Origin: Ancylonema sp.
Taxonomy: Eukaryota
Reading direction: 5' to 3'
Length of the DNA: 64,000 nt
Assembly: GCA_050230475.1 (NCBI GenBank)
Contig: JBFLGF010000214.1
Span: 1 to 64,000, forward strand
Below, piece by piece: positions 35,281 through 47,230 of the stretch. Both the position numbers and the translations under genes were made by a program. The notes below the pieces were generated by a model. The model was given only the letters and a program-made list of their open reading frames with translations. It made no database searches and was not told the origin of the DNA. Numbering within the stretch: position 1 is the first letter of the stretch; each line of letters starts with the position of its first letter.

Positions 35281-37802
35281 ATGAGCGAGGTAAGCCAAAC
35301 ATTGTACATTGCTGGTATGGAGAGAAAATAAGTGTTCCACGCCCTGCGTTGTGCACAAAGTTGTAGAAAGCTCTTACAGTCAGTAATGTGTAGGGGCACT
35401 TTCCCTCTTGCATTCATCTGTCCGTGTGATACCTCAGACGTCTCCGTCAGGCCACCACGATACCACGCAGACGCAACGGTATCGTCGACGCTACTTTTTT
35501 TACGGAGTTTCAAAATTCAAATTACTTCATCGCGGAGTTTTTGAACTTCAATTGGCCATTCAAGATGTCGGTTCTCCTATTCTTTGCTCGTCCTCAAGCA
35601 GAATTCTCAAAACCACGGAGAGGAGGAGACTGCTCTGTCTTCGAAAACAGCTCAGGAAGGAGCGTCTGAAGCTGACTCTGCTGCTGGAGATCAGATAGGT
35701 CCGTCAACGACTTCGGTGAAGAACCAACGGAAAAAAGAAAAGAAGAAGCTAAAAGCACAGGAGGCGGCTGGCACTGGGAGGTATGTAATCTCTATAACGT
35801 GTCCCAGTCTTCTCAGTCTATCTATTAGTAGACCGATAGGAGTAGACCCTAGGGTACTGCCAATAGTGCTATCAGGTCGTAAGGAGGGTACACAAGTGCT
35901 GAGATCTGTCAGTAGTCTTCCATACGTGCTTTTAACAAGAAGACACAATGTGCAGCAGCAGCCTTGAGAGTAGATGGGATTGGAGTGACTCCGGATTTTC
36001 CCAACCCCAGCCCTACAAATGAGTATGCATTGGCCGAGAAGGGTGTGCCATTTCACCTTGTTGTCTCCTTCGCCCGTTTCAAATATTTGCCTCTACGTTC
36101 CCCGGGTTCATTGGTTCAATGTTTCAAGCCGTGAATACGATTCTTCTACCGCCCATTGCTGGAGGGTTGTGAAGGGAATTCTGTCCTGGAATGTAGATGA
36201 TAAACGCCGTTATAACTGACATTAGGTCGGTTCAGGTGGTTTCAACCATTGTTTCTTTCTTTTGCTTTGCAGCAGCAGTGGGCCTTCAGGAGAAGGGGAC
36301 CCTGAATCAGGAAGACAGGCAACTGCAAAAACTAAGTCAGGAAAGAAGCCAGAAGATGTGAAGCCTACAGCTGAGACAGCGAGCCACAGCAGGTAGATTC
36401 AAGTCTGTAGTCAGGGAGGGTGGATAATTTTTTGATGCACAACTACATTCAGTGTCAATTTGTATCCTGCATACGTGATTTTTCAGACTCAATCCTGCAT
36501 ACGTGATTTAACTTATTCAACATGAATTGCCTCTTTATCACCTCGTGCAGTAAGAGCTCGCCCCTAAAAATAGGCACGGGGTCAGATGCTTTGCGTAGGT
36601 CCTCCTAGAGCCGTGTATGTGAAGCAGTGAAGGAGGAGAATGAAAAGAAAACCCTTTCTGTTTTGCAGCCCCAGTGATGGAAGCAAGCAGCTCGGGTCTC
36701 CCTCTGCCACACGCTCCCAAGAGAGCCTGGACGCTGCGATGGAGAAACTCCACCTGACGTACTTGATGTGGGACTGCGAAAACGGAATGGAATGCCCATG
36801 GCTGCGTCAACTCTCGGACTGCAAACCCGAGGTGCTGGACCATAAACCCCAGGTGAACCTGAAGTGTAGTCGGTGCCACCAAGTGAAGTACTGCTCGAAG
36901 GAGTGCCAGAAAGCGCACTGGCGGGAACACAAGCTCGAGTGCACGGAAAGTGAGGACCCCGGGTCTTTACGGGAACGGGGTCGAGCGAGTCAGGCCGCCT
37001 ACGAGGAGGGACAGGCCGTGCTGGAGGACCTTCGGAAAGAGCGGCAGCAGCAATTAGAGCGGCTTCACGAGGTTGAGCGGACGAGGGCGGGTGGGAAGAC
37101 GTCTGCGGAGACGAAAGTGGAGTTGGTGGTCACGGAGGATGATGCTCTGGAGAAACTGGACGAGCTGGCGAAGAAGATCGCGGACAAGGAGGAGGCGATG
37201 ATGTGGACGCACAGGAGCAAGGTGGGGTTTGAGGAGGCGAACGGGAAAGTGAAGAGGACCAAGGCGATTGAGAAGACGGCCGCGAGGATTTTGTCCCGGC
37301 TCGTGGATCTGAGCAAGGAGAGGCTGGTGCTGCTGGACATGTTGTCGCATACGTGAGTAGGGAGAAGGGGGCAATTTCCATGCAATTTGAGTCGGTAGCC
37401 GCGATGGAGAATGGCATCAAGTGGTTGGGGCAGAGAAGAGAGGCATACAAGGCGAGAAGAGAGAACATGGGGACCGACATTGTCAAGTTCAAGCCTGCCA
37501 CCGGTGCGCTGCCGCTGCCTCTCTTGGAAGAGCAGATGGAAGGTCTGAAGATGACGTACATGACTCTCACACAAGCAAAAGCCAAAGTGAAGGCCGCGGA
37601 GAGGGTGTGTGGTGCTGCAAAAAAGTGTACCGCATCGCTACGAAAACTCAAGTCCATTACAGAACTGGCAAAGGACATTGAGGCATACAATGAGACGTGT
37701 TGTGCCATTCTCCATATATCTCTACATATAGAGGAAATCATGGATTATGACGACAAGCCACTGCTCTTTTCGAAATGGCTCGAGTATTATCCAAGTGAAT
37801 GA
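35281..37802 (+). pseudogene. MYND zinc-finger / coiled-coil protein, paralog A, apparent 1-nt frameshift at ~37353
   Basis: Exons MSE (35281-35289), ~35598-35780, ~36273-36391, ~36669-37802; CSRCHQVKYCSKECQKAHWREHKLEC; collinear with paralog B across the frameshift. Confidence 0.75.
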
Positions 37803-38095
37803 GGAGTCTTCCTTTGAGATGTACTAGTGAACATCAGTGTTGTATATACGTCATGTAGAATTTTGTTTCTCGCATTGAATGCGGATTTTTCGTTGTCAAA
37901 TTTGAACTAGACAAATCACTCAGGGAACGCAAGAAGAGTGAAATCAAGAATCGTCAAAATGTATTTGTATACGTGTGTGTGTGTTTTCCACACGAAGTGT
38001 TTGCGTGAAAATTGTAATGGATATTTGAAAATCATGCAAATACTGAGCGGACAAGGTTGAGAAAAGGTATTCCTATAATTCCTGGAATCGTCAAT

Positions 38096-38342
38096 CACAA
38101 TTGCGTGCTGGACCGTCCGGGGATCTCCGGACGCATCCAGGACGTGTCCGGGCCCGATCGCGTCCCGGACGCGTTCCGGACCCGGACGCCTCAGCCAAAA
38201 TATGATTTCCGTATTTTTGGAACCCCCAAATTTGTGTGACTTCATATTTTTTTTTTTTTTAAATGTTGCATCTTAGTTGCGTCCCGGACCTCCGGGTATC
38301 TCCGGACGCGTCCGGCATCCTCGCGTCTGGGACGCAACTATG
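38096..38342. mobile_element. hAT MITE (CATAGTTGCGTCCCGGAC family)
   Basis: Degenerate left TIR, right GGGACGCAACTATG, TSD TCGTCAAT. Confidence 0.9.
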
Positions 38343-38583
38343 TCGTCAATCATTGTGAGTATAAAGGCAAGGGTCAATTGCATAGTTGCACAAACCAAGG
38401 AAACGAGTTTGGGTTTTAAACCAGGTTCAGGTTCTTATGTACTTTCGGAGTCGGCCAGAAAGTGTTAAAGTAGGGCATAGTGAGCTATAGCCGGAGTTTT
38501 GCGAGATAAGAATCGCTCATTGTCGTTAGGTCTTAAGAATTCACCCTTGGAATTCGTATTTGACGGCCATATACTAAGGAAGA

Positions 38584-39063
38584 TGTTGGGATTTAGAGTA
38601 TCGGATAGGCATACCTTGTTTGGCCTAGTCCAGACTTAGTCTAAATGTAGTTTAGCATATTAGGCATCAAGTCCTATTGTCTAGTTTAAGGAGCCGGGTA
38701 CACTACACCCGGGCATCCAATCCCGGGGGTATGCCACAATTATTGTCGTTGCAAGTTAAATGCATGATTGTCATAATACATATAGTGCGGTGTCACGTCG
38801 TGATAGGCTAGATCAGATGTAACGGTACAGTCCGGCGATAATGCCGATGAACTTCATGTGTAGCGATCATTTGATTGGGCGGCGGTCAATAATTCCGACC
38901 GCCGACCGTTAGATTCGCCATGTACGATCGTCGGGGTATACCAACCTGACGACAACACTTTTATTATAACTATTCCAAGAGACAAAATTGCCATACGATT
39001 GATTCATCGCGAAACGTATCATTTTTTGCGGATAGTACCATTCATCATCACTATAACTTTACA
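38584..39063 (+). repeat. Solo LTR related to the copia LTRs
   Basis: TGTTGG...CTTTACA, flanks GAAGA/TAAGA, collinear motifs shared with 9901-10361 (GGATAG.CATA, CTAGTCCAG, CGGTCAAT..CCGACCG, TCGGGGTAT). Confidence 0.8.
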
Positions 39064-39968
39064 TAAGAGGGGTCATTCTCCAAGATGTTTAGAGGGGTAA
39101 TTCCATTCTGCAAAGCCTACAGTGAACTCTCTGTTTAGTGACCCATGTATTGGGTATGGGTGCTTTGTATCAATATATACAATGCAGGGCTGTCACTAAT
39201 ACCCTATGCTTAAGTCTTTGATGGCGATTGGCGATTGGCGATGGCGCATATGTCACCATATCGAGAAAAATGTGTAATTTTGTTGGAAAATAAAATGCGG
39301 TATTTTGAGCAATGCGATCGGCTTGCAACGTAAACTTTGGTCCTTCCATGTAGATGTACGTAGTCTTGACTCTTTAGGGATTAAGAATGTATCGAATATG
39401 TGAGAATTAAACATCATAGCAATCTTGCTCTTTTGCTACTATGGCACAACCGACAAAGTAGTGGAAACACTAATATGATACGTATTAGCAATGCGTTTGT
39501 AGGAAGGATACCTACAAATATATACAAGCTTCAAAACTTAAGCGCATGTTAATATTTATATGAACATACAGTGTCGTACGTATACACAAAGGGATGTAAG
39601 GGGTTGAAATGGTGCTTCTTCAAATTCACTAATAAAAAATTGTTCTGAAAATGTTATTCACGACGCATATTTATCCGTGACGAAAATCCCTACAACGATC
39701 CTGGCATACAATAATATCAGCACTCAAAATAATTTCAACCTTTTTTTTTTTTTTTTTTTTTTCCCTTTTGTTTTTGGTAGAGTCCCGTTTGATTATTATT
39801 TAAGCATTCTATACTAAAAAAAAATCATTCTTGTAATATACTCGTGTACCAAACGCCGTTTGGCTAACGCAATAAGCGTTAGCACTACTTCCTCTTTCGA
39901 CCCCCACCCTTCGATTAAGAGTTTTTGGGGTTTTATTGTTTTGTGTTTCTTGTTATTTTATTTGCATG

Positions 39969-40320
39969 TAGCGTAGTGGTCATACATAATGACCCGGGTT
40001 TTACAAATCGAATTTGAACCACCAGCAGGTTTTCAGATTGGTAGTGAGGATAAGGTAGGGCTTTTCAACAAGCCATCCCATGTACTCAGCAACCCAAAAA
40101 AATAATTTAATTGATAAACCACCATTTGACCCAACCCGCGCACCCAGTAGTAAATTTAACAAATCCCTGAAAAAATATTTATAATCAAGTGACCTAAATT
40201 AACGAATGACCTTTTTTTTTTTTTTTTTTTTTTAAATAATTAAATAATAAATGAATTGATTTGACCCGACCCACCCTTTTTATATTTATTTGAGGGTCAC
40301 TATGTGTGGCTAGTACGGTG
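39969..40320. mobile_element. Degenerate Tc1/mariner-like MITE
   Basis: Right end GGGTCACTATGTGTGGCTAGTACGGT with a degenerate inverted left end; related copy at ~51335-51533. Confidence 0.55.
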
Positions 40321-40349
40321 TTTTTTTATCATGTGTTTCTTCATGGTTC

Positions 40350-42050
40350 CTTTTGATTAATGTCTAGCAATAGAGGAATGTGGTCACCATGGTATGTGTT
40401 TCGAATGGCTTCGAAATGTTCAATATTATTGTTTTGCATCCATACGTGATGGAATGAAGTTATTTATTGTTGTTGGTTTTGTTATAAGTTGCGTTATAAG
40501 TTTTCCAAACTTTGTACATATTCTCGTGTAACGTTGTCGCTTTCGGGATTCGTGAGATTAATTTTGGCGTCTCCTATGATGATAAAAGTATCATTTTCCT
40601 GGCGAGGGTCATTTACTATCTTCTCTATTGACTGAATGAACGATGTCACATTTGTTGGTGATGAGGATTGGTAATATAGAATTATGGAATATCTTTTGGT
40701 GTTTATTTGAGAAATCATGTGCGTTAGTTCAAAATAATATTGTAGTATAATTGATGTGTTGCGGTTCTATATTTTGAATTTTCTATCAATCCTCTATAAG
40801 TGGTTCCTCCATCACATGTTCGTGGTCTTCTGAAATTGAAAAGTGTAAAGTTACCGATGTTTGATTTGGACTCCAAAAGCCATATTTCACAAAATGATAA
40901 CACATCCGCGCTTAGTAACTCTCTACTACTTTTGACATCTTCAAAATGAGCTCGAAGGGACCTCACCTTTTGGAACATGACGCGGAGTTTGGTTTTGGTA
41001 TATAATCGATAGGCCGGCATCGAAGCGTGAGTTGATTTTCCGTTCGTAGTCTTTTTATTTCTTCAACGAAATTTTTGTCTATATTTGTGTCGCCTGATTC
41101 GAGGTTCATGATCCATACGGTTGATAAATTAAGAAATCGACTCAAAGCATAGTGCATGCCCGAAATAGAAGCATTACTTAGGTCTATTGTTCCTTGTGGT
41201 ATTGTCCGTCCTTGAGAGCGGTAGAATGTGATGGTTGTATTCGGTCGTAATGGGGTTTTTTCCCGGATAACGATGCTTGAAGTCATTTTCGGACGCATTT
41301 TAAACTTTGTTAACTATCCTTGGGATGGAAACTATTGTTGGGTATTTGTTAACTATTATAGGGTATTATGTGCTTATATAGTTCTTTACGATGTTTTCTC
41401 TCTCGAAAAAAATGTTTCTTATTTATACTTCTCCGGTTTCTATATTGAAACTGTGTACCACTCCCGGAGATCCGTTGAATAACCCATCTTTTGTGTCTAA
41501 GTTTGTCGATTTCTCTGCCTTCGTTCCAATTTGTAGATTTAGGTTGGTGAACAAGTCTATAGTCTTGGTCGTCACTAGCGTTTCTAGTCCTTGTATGTAG
41601 TGTGTTTTGGATAGGATATCTAGCCGGAAGTATAGTTGTCGTTAGTCGGGATTGTATATCGTGAAACATCTCGCAATTATTCGTAAACCTTATCATTATG
41701 AGATAACACAATATTTTTCTGGAAGAAGAGGTGTGGATGGAATATATCTTAGCTTTCGTCATTGTTCATTGATTGTTCATGGACCCCGTGTGATGGAAGC
41801 TTGCGAGTCAAGAATTTTGTGATGTCTTCGTCGGTGTGCGTTGCTGAAGGATCAGCCATAGTGGGCCAATCCCTTGCCTGCCGTACAGGTCTTAAATTCG
41901 CCGGCTCTCCGACTTCTCGTGAGTTATATAAAAATCCAAACTGTCCGTGACAAATGGCAAGACACCAATAAACTAGAATCCCACTGGAAACAAAAGCGAT
42001 GATGGTATGAATTATTTGTTATGAAAACTCCGTAGAGAATATATTGAATT
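40350..42050 (-). mobile_element. Helitron2/Helentron-like relic: PIF1 helicase C-terminus followed by an EEP (AP-like) endonuclease
   Basis: HTDEDITKFLTR, NLDTKDGLFNGSPG, PLRP..TFYRSQG..HYALSR, then FQKVRSLRAHFEDV..SADVLSFCEIWL and FIIIGDAKINL. Many frameshifts. Confidence 0.82.
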
Positions 42051-42129
42051 TGCCTCACAAGCCGAGGACAAATCGGTTTATTCAACCGAAGCGTAGGTTG
42101 ACTTAAGTCTACTCGCTAACGTCATTTCC

Positions 42130-43036
42130 CGTGAACACAATAATGTGACTATTCATATTCACCCCATTGGTGCACACTCAACTATGCAAATCTAGTGCAA
42201 CTTAGTCCGGTACTAGAGTAAACCGGTACGAAGTCATAGTACTCGCTTCCGCGCCCATTGCGCCTAAGTGCAACCTACATAATTGTCGATTCACATCCTC
42301 ATGCATATTGTATCGACTCACAACATAGACACACATGCACATTATAGTCACCTCCGGTCCACGCTAATTCTACAATTATTAGACTATCGCCACAACTCGG
42401 CATTTCCCTTGATTAAAGCACTAATTTACTTCATTCCCCCTCTCTTTACTCCAAGTCAAATGCCCGATGACCTTATGCTTTGTTTATTTTTGTTTTCTTC
42501 TCCTCCTCCTCCACAACATGTCCACTACATGTCTAGCACTCTACTCTCCTAGTGCTATCATACCCATAAGGCATTTTCCCTCTACAAGCACTTCCACCCC
42601 TACGTGCTTCGTAAGTTGGTCCGCCGCCATTGCCTTGGTAGGCACAAAGTGCAACTCCACCTCTCCACTTTCCACCTTCTCCCTCACGTAATCGCCGCTC
42701 CCGCACTCATGAAGACATACCCCGAGCGCCCCCTCTTAGTCTCCATGTCACTCCCGGAGCTCGCGTCGGTGTGGTCCCACACCTCTACCTCCTCCTCCTT
42801 CCCGTAGAAGAGCCCCTCGTCAATTGTCCCCACCAAGTACCTCACTACCCTCTTCGCCGCCTCCCAATGCTTCACCCCGGATTCTGGAAAAAACGGCTAA
42901 GTGTAGAAACTACCATCGCAAGGTCGGGAGGAGTCCAAACCGCGAGATACATGAGACTCCCCACGAGGTTCCGGTAGGGGTAGCGCGCCATCTCTTTCTC
43001 CCCCTCCTCCGAGGTGGGGGAGTCTTCCACCCCTAA
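42130..43036 (-). mobile_element. 3' fragment of a third Ty1/copia element (RT end, internally deleted RNaseH, PPT, LTR)
   Basis: YPYRNLVGSLMYLA, HWEAAKRVVRYLVGT, RSGYVFMSAGAAI fused to YVREKVESGEVELHFVPTKAMAADQLTK; PPT AAAGAGAGGGGGAA before TGAAG at 42433. Far LTR end uncertain. Confidence 0.82.
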
Positions 43037-43149
43037 GAAGATAGCAGACAATGGAAAAAACAAAAAACAAACAAGAACATAAAGAGATAACTTAGAGAAC
43101 AAAGGAAAGACAAAAATGAAGGGGAATACTCCAAATCACGAAAACTACT

Positions 43150-44704
43150 CATCACTAATGAACCCTCTCAACAACCGCCACCGCAACATCTCAACACTAC
43201 TCCTCTTTATCAAGATTCTTTCTCTTCCTCGGTAGATTTTTGAAGCCCTCCTTCTCACATATTGTCACAAACCTATCCAACCGCCTACATAGCTTGGAAT
43301 ACCAATCACGATCTGATACTAATATTTTATGTTATGCATACCAATTAGTCACCATTCCTTTCACTTCCCTTTTCAACTCCCCAACACCGCAAAGTAGCAG
43401 TCTAATCTCCTTACACATGCAATCCTCACTAACCCCCCTAAACCTACTCGTAAGCATCTCCAAGGCCCTCTCCTCTCGAATGATACCCGCCTCCTCCAAA
43501 GTGGCCGGAGTAACAGCCCCAACATTACCCCCCACAATCATTCGGTCTCCACGTGAGACATCTCCTCCTCCACCCAAATAAACCTCTAACCTACTCACGG
43601 CATTCAATATTTGTTTCTATAAACCAATAACCCTATTCCTCTCGGATTCGAGTAAGAGCTTGGCTTCCGCCAACTCACCCATACCTTCCATATACTTTTT
43701 CTTAGAGGCAATAAACTTGCGCTCAGCGGCAAGCAACCTATCCTCGAGCACCTTCATACGCTGCTCTAACGAACTACCACGTGCCTCACTACTCACAACT
43801 GTTGAGGTAACAACAAACTCGGCGGGTTCCGCCTCCCACACATAGCGCACACCAGGAGGCGGTTTGTACCTTGGAGTATTTGAGCCACTCCTAGCTTTGG
43901 ACGCCGTTTTAATGAATTCTTTTGACTTCATCTTCAACAACGTCACCGAGGACAAAATACCAGCGGGGAAATGACCTGATAGTGTAGTAATGTCATAATC
44001 TTCCACTCCCTCATTATTAACTCTAGGAAGAGACAACGGATGGCAGTTGATCTTGAAGCGATTGATCACCAGGACACCCTGGTCATCATACATCTGCAAA
44101 TCACAATAACAATAAAAAGGCACGTCAGCGAAGAGTACTACAACCAATACAAGACATAGCGAAGGAAAAAAAAACCACGCATAGAAGCTCACCTTCAGAA
44201 ATTCTAGCGCCTCGTTGTTCCTCCCATCAAGCACTCTCGCCTTTAAAGTCTTCGACTCATGATACCCCAAAGACACGATAGTGCCAATTAGAAAAACTCC
44301 ACCCGGCAAGGGAGCCAACGAATTCATGGCCCCGAGGACTAAATAATAGATTTTCTTATCAGTAAGGTTGGGCACCGACTGCATGGCCTCAGCGCCGCGT
44401 AACTCGGCTACACTCAACTCACTTATAACAACCATTTCAACTATACTACCTTCCGAATCTATAATTTCAATAGTGGAGAAAAACCACGACAAAATAATCT
44501 AGGAAGAAAGGTAACATTGTCGCCTGGATACAAGAATAGGACGGCCGGAGTCGTGAGGTACCTAATACATTGCCTGCAGCCGCCCGAATGCCTTTCATGG
44601 TGAGGCCTCCCGACCGCGTCCTGGACACGGGTCAACGGTACGAATCGCGAATTGTAGCAAATCTTGTAGCAATCTCGGCAGAATTGTAGTAACGGGCGAG
44701 CCAT
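43150..44704 (-). pseudogene. Unknown spliced gene (globular N-part plus coiled coil), with in-frame stops
   Basis: ORF 43617-44492 contains an in-frame 99-nt GT-AG intron (44192-44094); the frame continues past stops at 43617 and 43332; upstream Cys/His-rich ORF 44704-44459. Confidence 0.5.
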
Positions 44705-45349
44705 GGACCCGGCACACTGCTTCGCGTTACAACGACAAATTGACAGTCGGCACTATCGACCGCACCTACCGCTAACGGCTGGGCGCCGCAGAACGGTACC
44801 AAGCGGTGGCAACTTCCAGCACGTTAAGCCGGACAGTCGCATTCGTTACAACGCAAATTTATTATGTAAAAATAAAATAAAAACGACTAGCCTATGCCTA
44901 GTAGAAATTGGCGGGCGATTTGCTAACTGGTCTAATAACATGGTCAGCAAAAAAGTCAGTACGACGGTGCAACCGGATCTTGTAGACCCAAGCGACACCT
45001 ACGCGTATCATATCGCACAAGTACCGCACCAATCAATACATGTAAAAGTAAATGCACCTGTAAATATAAATATGAAAAATTGGTGGGGCACTAGCCGCTC
45101 GGGAAATTTGCGAGCTCGCGCCGAGCGCGCTCGGACCGGAGCACGCCCGGTACGCGCTCGGGATGCGAGCATTCCACGAAACCCGATATGCGGGTATTAC
45201 AAGGGAAATACGTCCCGTCTAAGGGCACGAGCCACTCGGAAGATCTGCGAGCGCGTACCGAGCGCGCTCCGTACACGCTCGGGACGCGATCGCCAATGAC
45301 CCAACTATGGTTTAAACCCTCGGGTGAAAAAAAGGGAAGGAGGTGTCGT

Positions 45350-46720
45350 TGAGGTGAACGTTTTTCAAACAATGCTTTTTTGTAAAATGTATTTGATCAA
45401 AGGACGATGGGAACACCATATGAGTATAAAAACGACAATAATTATTGTCGTTTTTATTTTGTCGTTTGACCACCCTAAAGGATCAGTACAAAGGAAGCAT
45501 ACCCCACCCGAAAACAACCTAGAAACAATATTTTTAAAATCATTTATTAGAAAAAGATTTTTTAAAAAAAGTGTATCAATTAAACGTTTCTCGGAAACGA
45601 TAGTCGAAGAAACATCAATTTGAGAAAAAAAAAAAAAAAATGTTTTGAGAACGTTTTCAAATAAAAAAAGATGCGTTTACGAAATGAAATACGTTTTCAA
45701 ATGAATCGCTTGGGAATTTTAGGGAACATTTTTAAATAATCATTTGGTTTAAAATTAAATTCAAATTAATATTCTTTAAATCAAACGTTTACTTGTAATG
45801 TTTTTCCGATTTTTGGCAACTGTTATTCAGAGAAACGATGTTTGGGGACATTTATCAAAGATAAGTTATTCAATACGTTTTTCAAAGTTTTTTTTTTTTT
45901 TTTTTTTTTGGAGGAACATTTTGTACACAACTTTTTATTACTGTTTTTTTTTTAATTCAAACCTTTTTTGAGTTATCGATTACCTTTAAAAAAAAAACCA
46001 ATTTTTTTTTGGCAACGTTATTCAAAGAAACAATATGTGGGCGAAACGTTTTGGGAACTTGTTCAAAAAGGCTTTAGTGGGAACGCTTTCCATATAAAAT
46101 ATACTGGGGAACGTTTTATCAACGAATCGATTTTCGAGATCGTTTTCAAAGGAAAAAAAATTGGCAATGTTTTTCCAAAAAAAAAAATGCCAAAGAATGG
46201 CTTTCAATAAATCGTTTTCAAAATAAAAGACTTAAAAAAAAAGATTTGTTTTTAAATATTTTTCGAAAAACTGTCTTCTCGGAACATCTTTCAATGGAAC
46301 AATTTTTTAAACATTTGTTGAATAAACTTTATTGGAACATTTTTCAAATAAAAAACTAATTTTTAGAATGTTTTTCCATGAAGCCATTTTTGGAAACGTT
46401 TCTCAAGAGACGTTTTCTGGGATCGTTTCAAATAATGAAGTTTGTTTGGGGGCGTTAAAAATAAAAATAAAAATAAAAACGTATTATTGGATGAAACGTT
46501 TTGGGAAAGTTTTGGAAAAGCTTTATGGAAAAGTTTGGAAAAGTTTTTCGGGAAAGCTTTTGGGATTTTTTTCCATATATGTTTTTTTGTAGACGTTTTT
46601 CGAAGAAATATTGTCTGGGAGCGATTTTTAAAGTAACGTTTTTCGAAAATTCTTTTCAAAGAACCGTTGTGTAGGGACCGTTTCTATTTTCTTTTATTTT
46701 TTCAATTGAACGTCATCTCC
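45350..46720. repeat. AT-rich degenerate array of AACGTTTT-type motifs
   Basis: Recurrent (G)AAACGTTTT(C) / GGGAAC motifs between A and T runs. Confidence 0.7.
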
Positions 46721-46758
46721 AAAAAAAATCATATAAATATTTTTTGTCGTTGTTTTTA

Positions 46759-47006
46759 GGGAGAGACTGCGGGCACCCCCCTCTGAGAGCCCGAAGTTTC
46801 TCCCTTTTTTAAACTCCACATTGGTAAGTCAAAAAAATATATATAAATATATAATATAAACTACGTAGTCCCCTCTATTGTGCGCACAAAAAATATTTTG
46901 AATAGCAAAAAATCGCAAAAAATGTAGAAGATCTGACTTTTTGAACTTGGCTATTTTGAAGGGAGAGACTGCGGGCAGTCGGAGGGGGGTGCCCGCAGTC
47001 TCTCCC
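46759..47006. mobile_element. MITE with GGGAGAGACTGCGGGCACCC TIRs (PIF/Harbinger-like)
   Basis: Long TIRs; second copy at 54296-55712. Superfamily inferred from the GGG terminus only. Confidence 0.8.
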
Positions 47007-47230
47007 TTGTTTTTACGGAAAAGCCTTTGGGAACGTTATACGCCCGTCCAAATCTCCGCGCGCGCGGGCGGGTGGTTACGTTTATGGTTGCTTCCTCAAG
47101 ACGGCGCCAGAAACAAACGTGGCGGACACTGATTGATCGGTGATCTCAGTGAAAGGCAGACCAGGTCGCATCCAGGGCACAGGACTCAGAATGGGAATTG
47201 GACTCCCCCCACAGGATTCGTCGACCGGAA

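Noticed and set aside
37037..37741. Long antisense ORFs over MYND-A (also over MYND-B, gag and OSCA)
   Set aside because: Shadow frames of GC-rich coding sequence.
44703..45299. 198-aa plus-strand ORF
   Set aside because: Runs through TE subterminal repeats and has no recognisable motifs.
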